In this document: positions 24,509 to 35,470 of the stretch, piece after piece
How the letters are laid out: each line of letters opens with the position of its first letter
Numbering within the stretch: position 1 is the stretch's first letter
Assembly (NCBI GenBank): GCA_951406725.2
Contig: OX597817.1
Location: 98,208,001-98,272,000 of the forward strand
DNA from: Octopus vulgaris
Taxonomy: Eukaryota
Length of the DNA: 64,000 nt
Direction of reading: 5' to 3'
Notes under the pieces: generated by a model
Database searches by the model: none
What the model saw: the letters and a program-made list of their open reading frames with translations, nothing else
Told to the model about the DNA's origin: nothing
Position numbers and translations under genes: made by a program

Positions 24509-26246
24509 AATACCCATACAGCAGGGTAGACACAACTATGGCATTGTACACCATGATTTTGGTTTGCATAGGATTGCAAAGGCTGAGTGTGCTGCTCGGA
24601 CTCTGTTTTCTACATCCTTTGATGGTATGCATTGGACAAACAGGAAATGTTCAAGATAAGGGAAATATTCAATACATTCAAGGGAGGTTCCATTAATGGG
24701 TCACATTCAGGAGATGGTTATACAGTGATTTTGATTTTGCCTTTGTTAACTGTCTAGCCAAATTGGAAATATGCCATGCAGAAATTGTTGACAGATTGTT
24801 GTAAAGCTTCAAGTGAGTTGGCAGGGGCAGTACTGTCATCTGCATACTGCATTTAATTTACTTTGATGGTGCTAGTGTGACACCGAAAGCAGAGTCTTGA
24901 TTGATTAAAAAGTCATCCATCAAATTAGTACTTGATTTCCATGCCTGGCTTGTTATGGTAAATTTCATGAAGCACAGTAACAAGGTAACGTGAGAAGAGT
25001 GTAGGTGTGAGGACACAGCTCTGTTTCACATCACACATGATGAAGAATTCTTCTGAGGTGTCAGCTTGGTGGATATCATGTGCCTTCATGCCATCATGCA
25101 TTGCTCTAATCGAGGGTGCACCACTTTTTTAATCAGAGGTATTTCCAGGTTGTTTTATGTCGAGCTGGGAATTGGAACTGGGTATTTGTGATGAACAGCT
25201 CATGTTCAGCAGAGGCCAACAAGGAGCCGACTATTTTCATTGCAGTTTCCAATTCCTTCTCTTCCAAATATATTTGGTTATAATCAGCAGTCCTTCCTAC
25301 TCTAGCATTAAAGTCAGCCTAAAAAGGACTGCCTAATCACAGATGCAGGACCAAATTCCTGTGTAGTCACAGGTCACAAGAAAGCAACCATCACATGACT
25401 ACCACCAATGTGCAGGTTCAGATTAAGACATCCTTATCTCCTTGCTTCTGACATCCTTATCTCCTTGCCTTTAGACTTGTGTAAAATTTTGGGAGTAAGA
25501 AAGAAGTAGAAAACATGGAGGGGATGAAACGAACCATTGGTATGAATTTGTTTAAGGTGGATGACAACTTGCCGGGCTGAAATCCACACATTATGACTCC
25601 AGGTCCTTGTGACCTTGTTTTGTGACATATTGACTCAGAAAGGAGTTGTGTTGATCTGCCAAGAATTCAGACCTTTGGATTCCACCTCTGATGTCATAGG
25701 TCATACTATATGGGGCCCTTGCTTTTCTCATCCAAACTGAATTGCAGGGGGATTTTAAGTCAGCGTTTCCCTTTTCCTAACCTAGTCTATTAGTGGCATT
25801 GAAATGTCCGTGAGTGACCTTCATCTGCCAGTTCACTATTTGCCCATAGCTGGGATCCTAATGGGTGCTATCACCCTGGGTCAGGGTGAACATCCAATCT
25901 CTTGGGTATGATGATAAACTACATCTGACAGTAAGGCCTTGGACAGTGTGGCTTATTACTCCTTCGTTAAAGTGTTCCAATAATTTATCTATGTTACCTG
26001 TATAGATCTTTTACTCAACTTAACACGTGATGTACCCACTAACTATTACTTTCATTGGTCATTTAATTTTGATTTTGCTGTTTTCAACTTGCCATTTGTG
26101 CTGTAGCTAATTTGATAATTTATTTGTTCATCTCTGTGTGACAATATAAACAACTTAAAGATAATAGGGCCTGAAGATTAGCTAAGCAGGTTTTATGTAT
26201 GTTACAAGTTATGTAACCAATATTATTTTAGCTCCTTACATTCTCA

Positions 26247-26294
<48 letters not shown>

Positions 26295-26749
26295 TACAAA
26301 AATGGGACAAGAACGCAAAACATCCAGACAATTAGGTGATACAAAAAAGGGACAAAACATCCAGACAGATGATACAAAGAAACAAGGGCAGGTCATTCAG
26401 AGTTTTCTTTCCTCAGTTGAGTTCCAGATTATCTTTGCAATTTCAGCTGTATAATACATATATAAATGAAAGTGTACAGTATTATATATCCTTTGCAGCT
26501 GATCTTACCAATTGGTTTCACACTAGAAGTTCAGCGAAGTGTTAAGTAACAACCCTATTATGTAATCCCAACACTCCATTGAAATCCTAGTGGGAAACTG
26601 ATTGGTAAGATTGGCTGTAAAGGATATATAACACTGTATACTTTGATTAATATACCCACTATATTGACAAATATACGTGTGCATATTTTTTCAGTCTTAT
26701 TGATTCTTAGACTGTTATATATATGTGTGTGTGGAAATAGAATTTTTGG

Positions 26750-27400
26750 ATCTTTTACTATTTGGCTGTCACTTTTCAGTTTCTTCAATTTCTGTTCCAT
26801 TTGATTTTATATTTGGTGTAATGATGTAGTTTTGTATGCTAATCATTGACATAAATTCATTTTCGCCATAAATCAATAAATGAAAAGTTAATAGATTTTA
26901 AAGTTTGCAAATTTTAGGTCATTTTAGCCAATTGTAAGCCATATACACATTCATGCCTGTTTCCATAGTAACAAGCCAAGCATGAGAACTCTTTTGTCTG
27001 TGAGAAAGCACATTGACAAATATGTTCTACTCATTGAGGTGGTTGTGAGATGGGCTAAGAATAGCATCTAAATAAGCCCCAAATCATGCACCAAAATTTT
27101 TTACTTTTGTTTTGGCATAATTGTATGAGTTCCTGTGTGTAAAATACAAATTTGAAAAAATTTTCTGACAATTCCAAAAAATTAAAAAGTTACGAGGAGG
27201 TTATATGGCATGCATAAAGCAGAATTCTGCCAGTATTTCATTTGTTTACAGTTGATGATATGCGCACAAAATGACAGCTTCGGAATTGTGTAAAAATTTG
27301 GACTTTAAAACTAACTTTTTCTGAGTAAAAATGATCACACTTTAAAAGTAACTTTTTCAAAAAAAATTCAGCATGGAAAATTACATCAATACACTAAATT
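26750..27400 (-). repeat. Dispersed DNA-transposon-like repeat, copy B (inverted relative to 14070-14740)
   Basis: Reverse-complement similarity to copy A over about 650 bp. Confidence 0.6.
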
Positions 27401-27776
27401 TTAAAATTTTCAATAAACTTTGAAATTTTCATAGGTGCAGCCAGCAGAAAAGATCCAAAATGTTTGTTGCATTTCTGATCTTTCTGATGTCTAAGGATAG
27501 ATATTGATGTATATGTGTCTGTTTTCTGGAGAACAGAAGTGGCAAATTTACTTTATCTTGGGTTATTTATTTTGCCCTAGCCAAATTTGTCTTTTATATG
27601 CTCAAAGAGAATGGCAGTAATTTTCGGAAATAGTAATCAGATTATGTTTTGGTTTTAAAGGCATTTGGGGAAGGCCATTTGCTTAGCTGATATAGTTTTT
27701 GTAAGTGAACATTTAAAAAATGTATATCTTGTCTCAAAGTCAAAAATGCAGTAAAAACACTTTATTTTGCACCTCA

Positions 27777-27830
<54 letters not shown>

Positions 27831-27841
27831 CATATATATAT

Positions 27842-27893
<52 letters not shown>

Positions 27894-28411
27894 AAAAAAT
27901 GAAGTTCGAAAATGCTGCTGTATTATACAATTTTTAATTTTTATATATACATTATAACATGTTTCAGTTCCTGAAATGAACCTTATCAAAAAAAGTTATA
28001 TATAAAAAAAGACAGCTCATGCCGTCAAACACAAGAAATTCATTTATAATACACAACGGAGTCAGACATCTTAGAGTTCATGTATAGTTGATATATAGTT
28101 CATGTATAGTTGATATATAGTTTGAAGTATATGTTCAAAGTGTTCGATGTAGTGGCCCACGGTGGCGATACGTATTCAATACAAAAAACAGATCAAAGTG
28201 GTGGAAAGCGGTCAATACAGAAGATTGATGTTTCCGAAAGAGCGAGGAATTCATTTTCACCTTAAGCAATTGTGATGACCCATGGTGGAAGTTCGCTGGG
28301 TGGTTCTAGTGAGTTTTTGTGAAGTGCTCGGTTTTATAATGCCTGTTAGGTGGTCAATCCAGCGTAGCGTGACGTCATCATCGTTTTGACCAATCGTTTC
28401 GTTAGGTGGCT

Positions 28412-28640
28412 TTAGTCAAGTAGAACGGGACGTCATCATTATTTTGACCAATCGCTGCATTATAACTGCCTCTTGTTTGTTTCCTGTTTTGACCAGTCGC
28501 TTCGTTAGTCAAGTAGAACGGGATGTCATCATTATTTTGACCAATCGCTGCATTATAACTGCCTCTTGTTTGTTTCCTGTTTTGACCAGTCGCTTCGTTA
28601 GTCAAGCAGAACGGGACGTCATCCAGATTCTGCCCAATCA
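28412..28640. repeat. 93-bp tandem repeat (about 2.4 copies) in the Penelope 3' UTR
   Basis: ttagtcaag(t/c)agaacggg recurs at 28412, 28505 and 28598. Confidence 0.9.
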
Positions 28641-28964
28641 CGACTTATAGCTACATTAGATCTGCCCCCTGTCTGTACTTGTTAGGTGACTAGTCAAGCA
28701 GAAAAGGACGTCATCAATATTCTGACTAATGACTGTCCCCTGTTTGTATCCTGTCCATTCTAGCAGAGCTAGACGTCATCAACTTGTTGATCAATCAGAA
28801 TCGGGTCTGACCCTTAGCTGTATCGTATGTATCAGGGTCAGATTTGCATGAAAGAATTTTTTTCCTTTTTTACTAAGGCATATTTCCGTCAGAGTGAGTG
28901 TCTGCTTGAAGTAGCGGCCGTGGTGGAATTTTGCTTCTCCTTTTCGGAGGACTTATCTTTTGTT

Positions 28965-31262
28965 TTAGTATTCCTGGCCCAGGGTGTTTAAACTTGGTCT
29001 AAATTTTTTTATGAAATATAGTTCTTTATTTTGGCGTTGTGTGAAGGTTGCGTTGTCACTGAATTTATAGAGTGGGTTAGTTGTAAATTTCGGATTTACA
29101 TTTCCAGCACATCTATCTATGTGTCCGCTGACCGGTATTTTGCGGTAATCAGGGTTTCTAATTTGTGATTTATGCACCACCATCCTGTTACGTAAGCTAT
29201 TTTTTGTATGGCCTATATACTGCCTATTGCAGCCTGCGCATGTTGTGACGTAAATTAAGTTTTCTGATGCGCAGGTGAAGTTTGTTCTAATGGTGAACTG
29301 GTGGCCTTGTTCCAGTATAAATTCTGATCCTTCTTTCAAGATGACACAGATTCCGCAGTTGGGCCTTCCACATTTTCTAACTGCTGGTTTTGTGGTTGAT
29401 GTTGAGTGCAGTGTAGCTTGGGTTAAAATCCTTTTCAAGGATTTTGGTTGCCGTTTACTTTTAATGATGGTGTGTGTTTCGAGGATCCAGTTCATCTTTG
29501 GGTCTCCCTTTAGTAGGGCTGTGCTTTGTAGTATGGTGTTGAAGGCCTCATTGTTGAGTGGGTTGTGTGTAGAGATGTAGGGAAGGGTTTTTAATTGTTC
29601 TTTCTTTTTTGGTTTTGTTTGTCTGAGGTCTTCTATACTTAATTTAAGTACCCGTTGGATTGCACTGTCTATTAGGGGCTGTGGATAGTTTCTATTTGTG
29701 AGTGTGGTTCTAAGTTCCTGGAGACGTGTGTGTCGGGTGTTTGTGTCTGATATTATGGTGCAAATCCTTCTAGCTAAACAAAAAGGGACATTCATTCTAG
29801 TGTGTCGTGGGTGGCATGAATCAAAGGGTAGGTACTGTTTAGAGTCAGTCGGTTTATAGTAGATATCTGTCTCTATTTTGTTGCCGGTTTTCTTAATGAG
29901 GATGTCTAAAAATGGTAATTCTTTTTCGTTGTGGTCCATCGTGAATTGTATATTGTCATTTATTCCATTTAATAGTATTTTAAATTCCTCAAGTTTCTCT
30001 ATGCCTTTGTCCCAGATGATGAAACAGTCATCGAGGTATCTTTTCCAGTTGTTATGGATATAGGTGGCGAAGGTGTTTCCATATTTCTCGAGTGTCATCC
30101 GGTATAGTATTTTCTCGAGGTATCCCATCACTAGGTTGGCAAAAGATGGTGCAGTACGCGTGCCCATCGCTGTTCCCGATCTTTGCCTGTAGAAATCATT
30201 GTCAAAAATAAAATAATTGTTCTCTAAAATGAATCTAAGTCCTTCTATTATAAGGTCTTTGTTTATGCGAGTTGGGAGTTCAAAGGGGTAGTTATTCAGC
30301 CAGAAGGTGATCGCTTCTATTCCTAGGTTGTGAGGGATGTTAGAATAAAGATTAACTACGTCGAATGATACTAGAAGGGTTTTCTCATTGACTGTTTTAG
30401 GGAGGTGGTTGAGCATATCTATATCGTCTCTTACGTAGCTTTTGATGTGTTTTAGGAAAGGTTTAAGAAGTGTGTCTAAGAAATTGCTGAGGCGGTGAGT
30501 TTCACATGCTGGCCCTGCTATTATCGGTCTTAGTTTAAGATCATTTGGTGAAGGGATTTTGATGAGTGTGTCGGTGGATGTTTTGCACGTTTCTCTAATG
30601 GTTTGGCTTTTGTGTACCTTAGGGATACCATAGAACAAACTCGATTTGCATTTGAAGTTAGTGATGTATTCATACTCCTTGTTCGTGAGTCCTTCTTGGT
30701 ATGTGTTGATTAATGTCCTAAGGTTATGCATTATTTTTTGCTGGTTATACTGTTGGGCCCTTTCATAATATGTTTCATCTCTTAATAGGGATAGCACTAA
30801 ATTTTTATAATCGTTTGTATTCATTATTACTATCGCGTTGCCCTTATCTGCCTCCTTAATTGTTATTGTTTTGTCTTCTCTTAGTTTGATGAGGTCGTTC
30901 CATTCTCTTTTGTTGAAGTTAGGGCTGTGTTTTTGTTTCTTGATGAATTGAAACGGGAAATTAGTTATGTAGTCACAATAGCGGTCTAAGGCTTTATTCT
31001 TACCTTTGGTGGGGGTGTAATTGCTCTTGTTTCTAGCTATTGAGTCCTCCTCTATTTGTTTGTTTTGAAATGCCTCGGTGAGTCTTAGTTTTCTGCAAAA
31101 TTCCGAAATATCATCTTTCATTTCATAGTAATTAGAACGTTGTGGGGTGGGTGTAAATTTAAGTCCTTTGGAGAGTATGCTTATTTCGTTAGGTGTAAGT
31201 TCTTTGTTTGAGAGATTAATTATCTTAATTACCTGAGGTTTCTTTTGTTTGTCCTTTGCCAT
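28965..31262 (-). CDS. Penelope-like reverse transcriptase + GIY-YIG endonuclease (765 aa)
   Basis: NLS..L...E..LSKGLKF, ADKG, IPKVHK, LRPII, FDVVNLY, GTAMG, RYLDD, linker CGRPNCGIC, NLIYVTTCAGCNRQYIGHT. Confidence 0.95.
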   Translation of the reverse strand: MAKDKQKKPQVIKIINLSNKELTPNEISILSKGLKFTPTPQRSNYYEMKDDISEFCRKLRLTEAFQNKQIEEDSIARNKSNYTPTKGKNKALDRYCDYITNFPFQFIKKQKHSPNFNKREWNDLIKLREDKTITIKEADKGNAIVIMNTNDYKNLVLSLLRDETYYERAQQYNQQKIMHNLRTLINTYQEGLTNKEYEYITNFKCKSSLFYGIPKVHKSQTIRETCKTSTDTLIKIPSPNDLKLRPIIAGPACETHRLSNFLDTLLKPFLKHIKSYVRDDIDMLNHLPKTVNEKTLLVSFDVVNLYSNIPHNLGIEAITFWLNNYPFELPTRINKDLIIEGLRFILENNYFIFDNDFYRQRSGTAMGTRTAPSFANLVMGYLEKILYRMTLEKYGNTFATYIHNNWKRYLDDCFIIWDKGIEKLEEFKILLNGINDNIQFTMDHNEKELPFLDILIKKTGNKIETDIYYKPTDSKQYLPFDSCHPRHTRMNVPFCLARRICTIISDTNTRHTRLQELRTTLTNRNYPQPLIDSAIQRVLKLSIEDLRQTKPKKKEQLKTLPYISTHNPLNNEAFNTILQSTALLKGDPKMNWILETHTIIKSKRQPKSLKRILTQATLHSTSTTKPAVRKCGRPNCGICVILKEGSEFILEQGHQFTIRTNFTCASENLIYVTTCAGCNRQYIGHTKNSLRNRMVVHKSQIRNPDYRKIPVSGHIDRCAGNVNPKFTTNPLYKFSDNATFTQRQNKELYFIKKFRPSLNTLGQEY

Positions 31263-31329
31263 CGTGTGTCCCTGTTCCTGTGTGTGGGGTCTAAAAAATG
31301 GTTGGTGTAGTTATGTTCAAAGCTATTAT

Positions 31330-32622
31330 TTATCTGTTGTTATAACTGTCAGAGTGAGTTTGTGGTGCTCTGTTCTGGAGTCTGTTGTTGAACCTAGTGT
31401 TCCGTCTTAGTTCCTCAGGTATATTGTGTTGGTAGTTGTTTCCTCTGTAGTGCATTTGTTGTTTGTTATGGTTGTATGGTTGGTTCCTGGGGTGGATGTT
31501 TGGTAGTAGCGTTTTGGTTTGGTTATGTGGGTTGTATTTTATAGTATTGTATGTTGTGGCTCTTAGGTTCGTGGAATGGTGTGGTGGGACCCTATAAGTG
31601 TTTTGGGGTTGGTGTAGGTAGTGTGGGGTGCGTTTTAAATGCATTTTTCTGGTGTAGAGTGTGTTTGGATTTCTTGGTGGTTGTTCTGCTCTGTTGGTAT
31701 GTCTATTTTCGAACTGGTGTGGTGGGCCTCTGTAGGTGTTTTGGGGTTGGTGTAGGTAGTGTGGGGTGTGTTTTAGGTGTACTTTTCTGGTGTAGAGTGT
31801 GGTAGGATTTCTTGGTGGTTGTTCCGTTCTGTTGGTATTTGGTTTTGATTTGCTTAATTTTATGAAGGGGTTGTTGGATATGTGTTCATTTTTGAAGTTG
31901 GTTTCATAATCTAGAAACCAGATGGCGCTCTTTTCCCATCGTTGGAGGGACTTAAGTTCCTCTTTTTCACATTCTTCATTCCATAGTGCTGGTAATGTTT
32001 CAGTATTGTTGTCGTCTATTAGTTTGATGACTTCTTCGTTGATTTCCTCGTCTATGGTTTTTACTTTTTCTTCATTCGTTTTAGCTCTCAGCTTAAGTAG
32101 TTCTATTTCCATCTTCATTTTTTCTAATGACATTTTTTCTCTAAGTTTTCTTTGTTCTTCTGGTTCTTCCAAGATGGGTTTGATTTGTAATTTACGGGGT
32201 ATGACTAGGGGTGTTGAGTGTAGCCATTTTTGGTAAATCTCTGCTTTATTCTGATTTTGTATCATTTTCCAAAAAGCGAATTTTCTGTTTCGCTGTAGTG
32301 TTCTCCATTGGGGGAGGACTTGGTTCTTTGTTTGTAATGTTGAAATTGCTCGGTTCTTCTCATGTGTTCCTTCTTTTTGTTGCTCTTGTTTCGTAAAGTT
32401 TGTGAAGAATGTCGTCATTGTATCGCATAGATTTTCAACTTTCTCGAATATTTCGGAGGGTGTTTTATTCGATTCGGTTTCCTCGTTAGTTTGTGTAGAA
32501 GGTCGAGGTGTTAAGTTGAGTTTGTTTAACACTGCTGTTAGGTTTGAATTTATGCTTTTCAATTCTTTCAGTATCTCTTCATTTATTGAGGAGATGTCGT
32601 TGGTGTCTTTTTTAGCAGGCAT
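31330..32622 (-). CDS. Penelope-like element ORF1 (430 aa), charged helical N-terminus and Pro/His/Asn/Arg-rich C-terminus
   Basis: Long open frame between the 5' pLTR and the RT ORF. E/K-rich heptad-like stretches and a duplicated 46-aa unit. Confidence 0.8.
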   Translation of the reverse strand: MPAKKDTNDISSINEEILKELKSINSNLTAVLNKLNLTPRPSTQTNEETESNKTPSEIFEKVENLCDTMTTFFTNFTKQEQQKEGTHEKNRAISTLQTKNQVLPQWRTLQRNRKFAFWKMIQNQNKAEIYQKWLHSTPLVIPRKLQIKPILEEPEEQRKLREKMSLEKMKMEIELLKLRAKTNEEKVKTIDEEINEEVIKLIDDNNTETLPALWNEECEKEELKSLQRWEKSAIWFLDYETNFKNEHISNNPFIKLSKSKPNTNRTEQPPRNPTTLYTRKVHLKHTPHYLHQPQNTYRGPPHQFENRHTNRAEQPPRNPNTLYTRKMHLKRTPHYLHQPQNTYRVPPHHSTNLRATTYNTIKYNPHNQTKTLLPNIHPRNQPYNHNKQQMHYRGNNYQHNIPEELRRNTRFNNRLQNRAPQTHSDSYNNR

Positions 32623-33272
32623 TTTCGGGAGCTCGTACGTGATATGATATTTATAATAGGATTAGCTCGTATACGAGTAGGTATATATTTGTAAAAAATG
32701 AAGTTCGAAAATGCTGCTGTATTATACAATTTTTAATTTTTATATATACATTATAACATGTTTCAGTTCCTGAAATGAACCTTATCAAAAAAAGTTATAT
32801 ATAAAAAAAGACAGCTCATGCCGTCAAATACAAGAAATTCATTTATAATACACAACGGAGTCAGACATCTTAGAGTTCATGTATAGTTGATATATAGTTC
32901 ATGTATAGTTGATATATAGTTTGAAGTATATGTTCAAAGTGTTCGATGTAGTGGCCCACGGTGGCGATACGTATTCAATACAAAAAACAGATCAAAGTGG
33001 TGGAAAGCGGTCAATACAGAAGATTGATGTTTCCGAAAGAGCGAGGAATTCATTTTTACCGTAAGCAATTGTGATGACCCATGGTGGAAGTTCGCTGGGT
33101 GGTTCTAGTGAGTTTTTGTGAAGTGCTCGGTTTTATAATGCCTGTTAGGTGGTCAATCCAGCGTAGCGTGACGTCATCATCGTTTTGACCAATCGTTTCG
33201 TTAGGTGGCTTTAGTCAAGTAGAACGGGACGTCATCATTATTTTGACCAATCGCTGCATTATAACTGCCTCT

Positions 33273-33314
<42 letters not shown>

Positions 33315-33324
33315 CATACATATA

Positions 33325-35092
33325 TCTCTTATTATAAAAGGCAGATTTTATCTGCCTCCCTTTGTCTCTTATAGAAATCTACAATATAGGATTTCTTCAA
33401 TTACAATTTACCTAGCATTTTTAAGAGTAGAATACATCGGGTCGTGCCAGGTCCAGTTTTTCAAATTTCAACCCCAATTAAGCAAAATTTCGAGAAAACT
33501 CACATTGTGGTGTGTAAGTGAAGTGCTTTTCTTAGTGTGGGCTACAGCACATGCACACGCACACACACACAAACGGAGCGAACTGCTTCACTGATGCTAT
33601 CACCCTAATTTCTCCTCCTTTCTCTTTGCAAGTGTGCAACGATTAAAGTGAAACTATTTATATAAAACGAGAGAAGTGTACCTTAAACCACTACTCAAAA
33701 AAAAAAAACACAGCAAACAGAAACAAATAAATACATAACAATTTATTCCTCACACAATTTCTTCAATTAGAGTTTACCTATGATTTTTCAAAGTACTTCC
33801 ATTCGGTCATGGCATACAAAATTTCTTTCAATTTCACCCCCATTTCAGAAAAAATTCGAGAAACTAAATATTTTACCATTTCACTCTGCATATTACTCCC
33901 ACTTCCTCTTTACACACATAGACACGCAAATATATAAATAAAATTGTAAGCTAACGTGTGTGTGTGTGTGCATGTGTGTGAATGTGTGTGTGTGCGTGTG
34001 TGTCTGTGTGAGGGTGAGTGTGTGTCTGTGTGTGTGTGTGTGTGCGTGTGTGTGAGTGTGTGACAGGGATGAGCCAGTTTATCTAAAGTATATCCAAGTA
34101 GCAGAAAGATTGCCCAAAACTGTATATAGATATTTAAATGTATTTATATATTCATCTATACACACATGTATGTATAATGTGTGTGTATATATTTCCATAA
34201 AGGTAACCATTCACTCCGCACAAAGTTTTTTAGGACGGACGAAAATCTTTATATATAAAAGAAAGGTTGTGTGTCTGTCTACTCCGATTTAGATTCCTAA
34301 CTACTCCCACATTTTGAGATGCAGTTTAACCAAAACCGAGTATCTTATAGTCGTGATTCATATCGAGCCCTTCTGGGTATTAGCGCGCGTCTACGATGAG
34401 TTTACGATTTTACAAATAATTTACCATCATTTTCTCCCATTTTAATGCATATTTTTTTAAAGAAAGGGAAGTAACTCTCAAACTTCACACCAATATGCGT
34501 GCTCTTATGCGACGTAATATCACATCAGCAGCATTTCCTCACACCCTCCTTGCACTTGGCGAAGGCAAAATACCAGGGGATGAAAATGGTAATATTGCCA
34601 TCGATTCCATTTGTACCATTGTTAAGATGCCTTCTGATCTCAGAGATGCAGTGTTCCAAGATCTACACGCTAATTATCAGAATATGGATTGGATTGGCCA
34701 AAAGGCTATACTGGCCCCGAGGAATAAAACTGTTCACCATATTAATGATGAAATGCTAAAACTCATTCCTGGGGAAGTCTATGTATATCAGTCTATCAAT
34801 ACAACTCCTGACCCACAGGACGTCATCAACTATCCAATAGAGGTACTCAATTCCTTTGAGCACCCCGGACTAACACCACACATTCTCAAACTTAAAGTTG
34901 GTGCCCCTATAATGCTCATCAGAAATTTGGTTCCCCCAAAACAATGCAATGGCACACGTTTGATCGTTAAGTCCTTATCTCCCAGCGTAAACTTATATCA
35001 ATATTTGCCTGAATAATCATCATAATTCAGTGCAATCATTAACAGTACTTTCAAGCAATTCAGCCCCGAGCAACGCCGGGCAATTCTGCTAG
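33325..35092 (+). mobile_element. Non-autonomous Helitron(s) carrying a PIF1 helicase fragment
   Basis: TC 5' starts at 33325 and 34246. GC hairpin at 35063-35081, then CTAG end at 35089-35092 followed by T. Confidence 0.85.
34495..35016 (+). pseudogene. Helitron PIF1-family helicase fragment
   Basis: AILAPRN and PHILKLKVGAPIMLIRNL..CNGTRL. Confidence 0.9.
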
Positions 35093-35181
35093 TATATATA
35101 TATATACATACATATATATATATATATACATATATATACATACATACATATATATATATACATACATACATATATATATAT

Positions 35182-35258
<77 letters not shown>

Positions 35259-35279
35259 CATATATATATATATACATAC

Positions 35280-35338
<59 letters not shown>

Positions 35339-35417
35339 CACATACATATATATACATACATACATACATACATATATATACATACATACATATATATACA
35401 TACATACATATATATAC

Positions 35418-35470
<53 letters not shown>

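Larger units (their letters stand above)
17930..25950 (-). mobile_element. Old RTE LINE, internally deleted and split by two LTR insertions
   Basis: Pieces at 17930-18207, 22184-22497 and 24514-25950 rejoin across the TSDs. Remnant motifs: ADFNARVG (~25300), VKQSCVL.PTLF (~25000), QYADD (~24840), LYG..A.TLYRH. Confidence 0.8.
27884..33273 (-). mobile_element. Near-intact Penelope-like element (Neptune-like) with direct pseudo-LTRs, inserted in (TA)n
   Basis: Direct repeats of about 590 bp (27884-28474 and 32683-33273) differing at only a few positions. Two long ORFs. (TA)n on both flanks. Confidence 0.95.

Noticed and set aside
26290-26455. Possible tandem hammerhead remnants (CTGAGGA.. and GAAA-TTGCAA on the minus strand)
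   Set aside because: Stems could not be assembled convincingly. Probably a degraded pLTR fragment.
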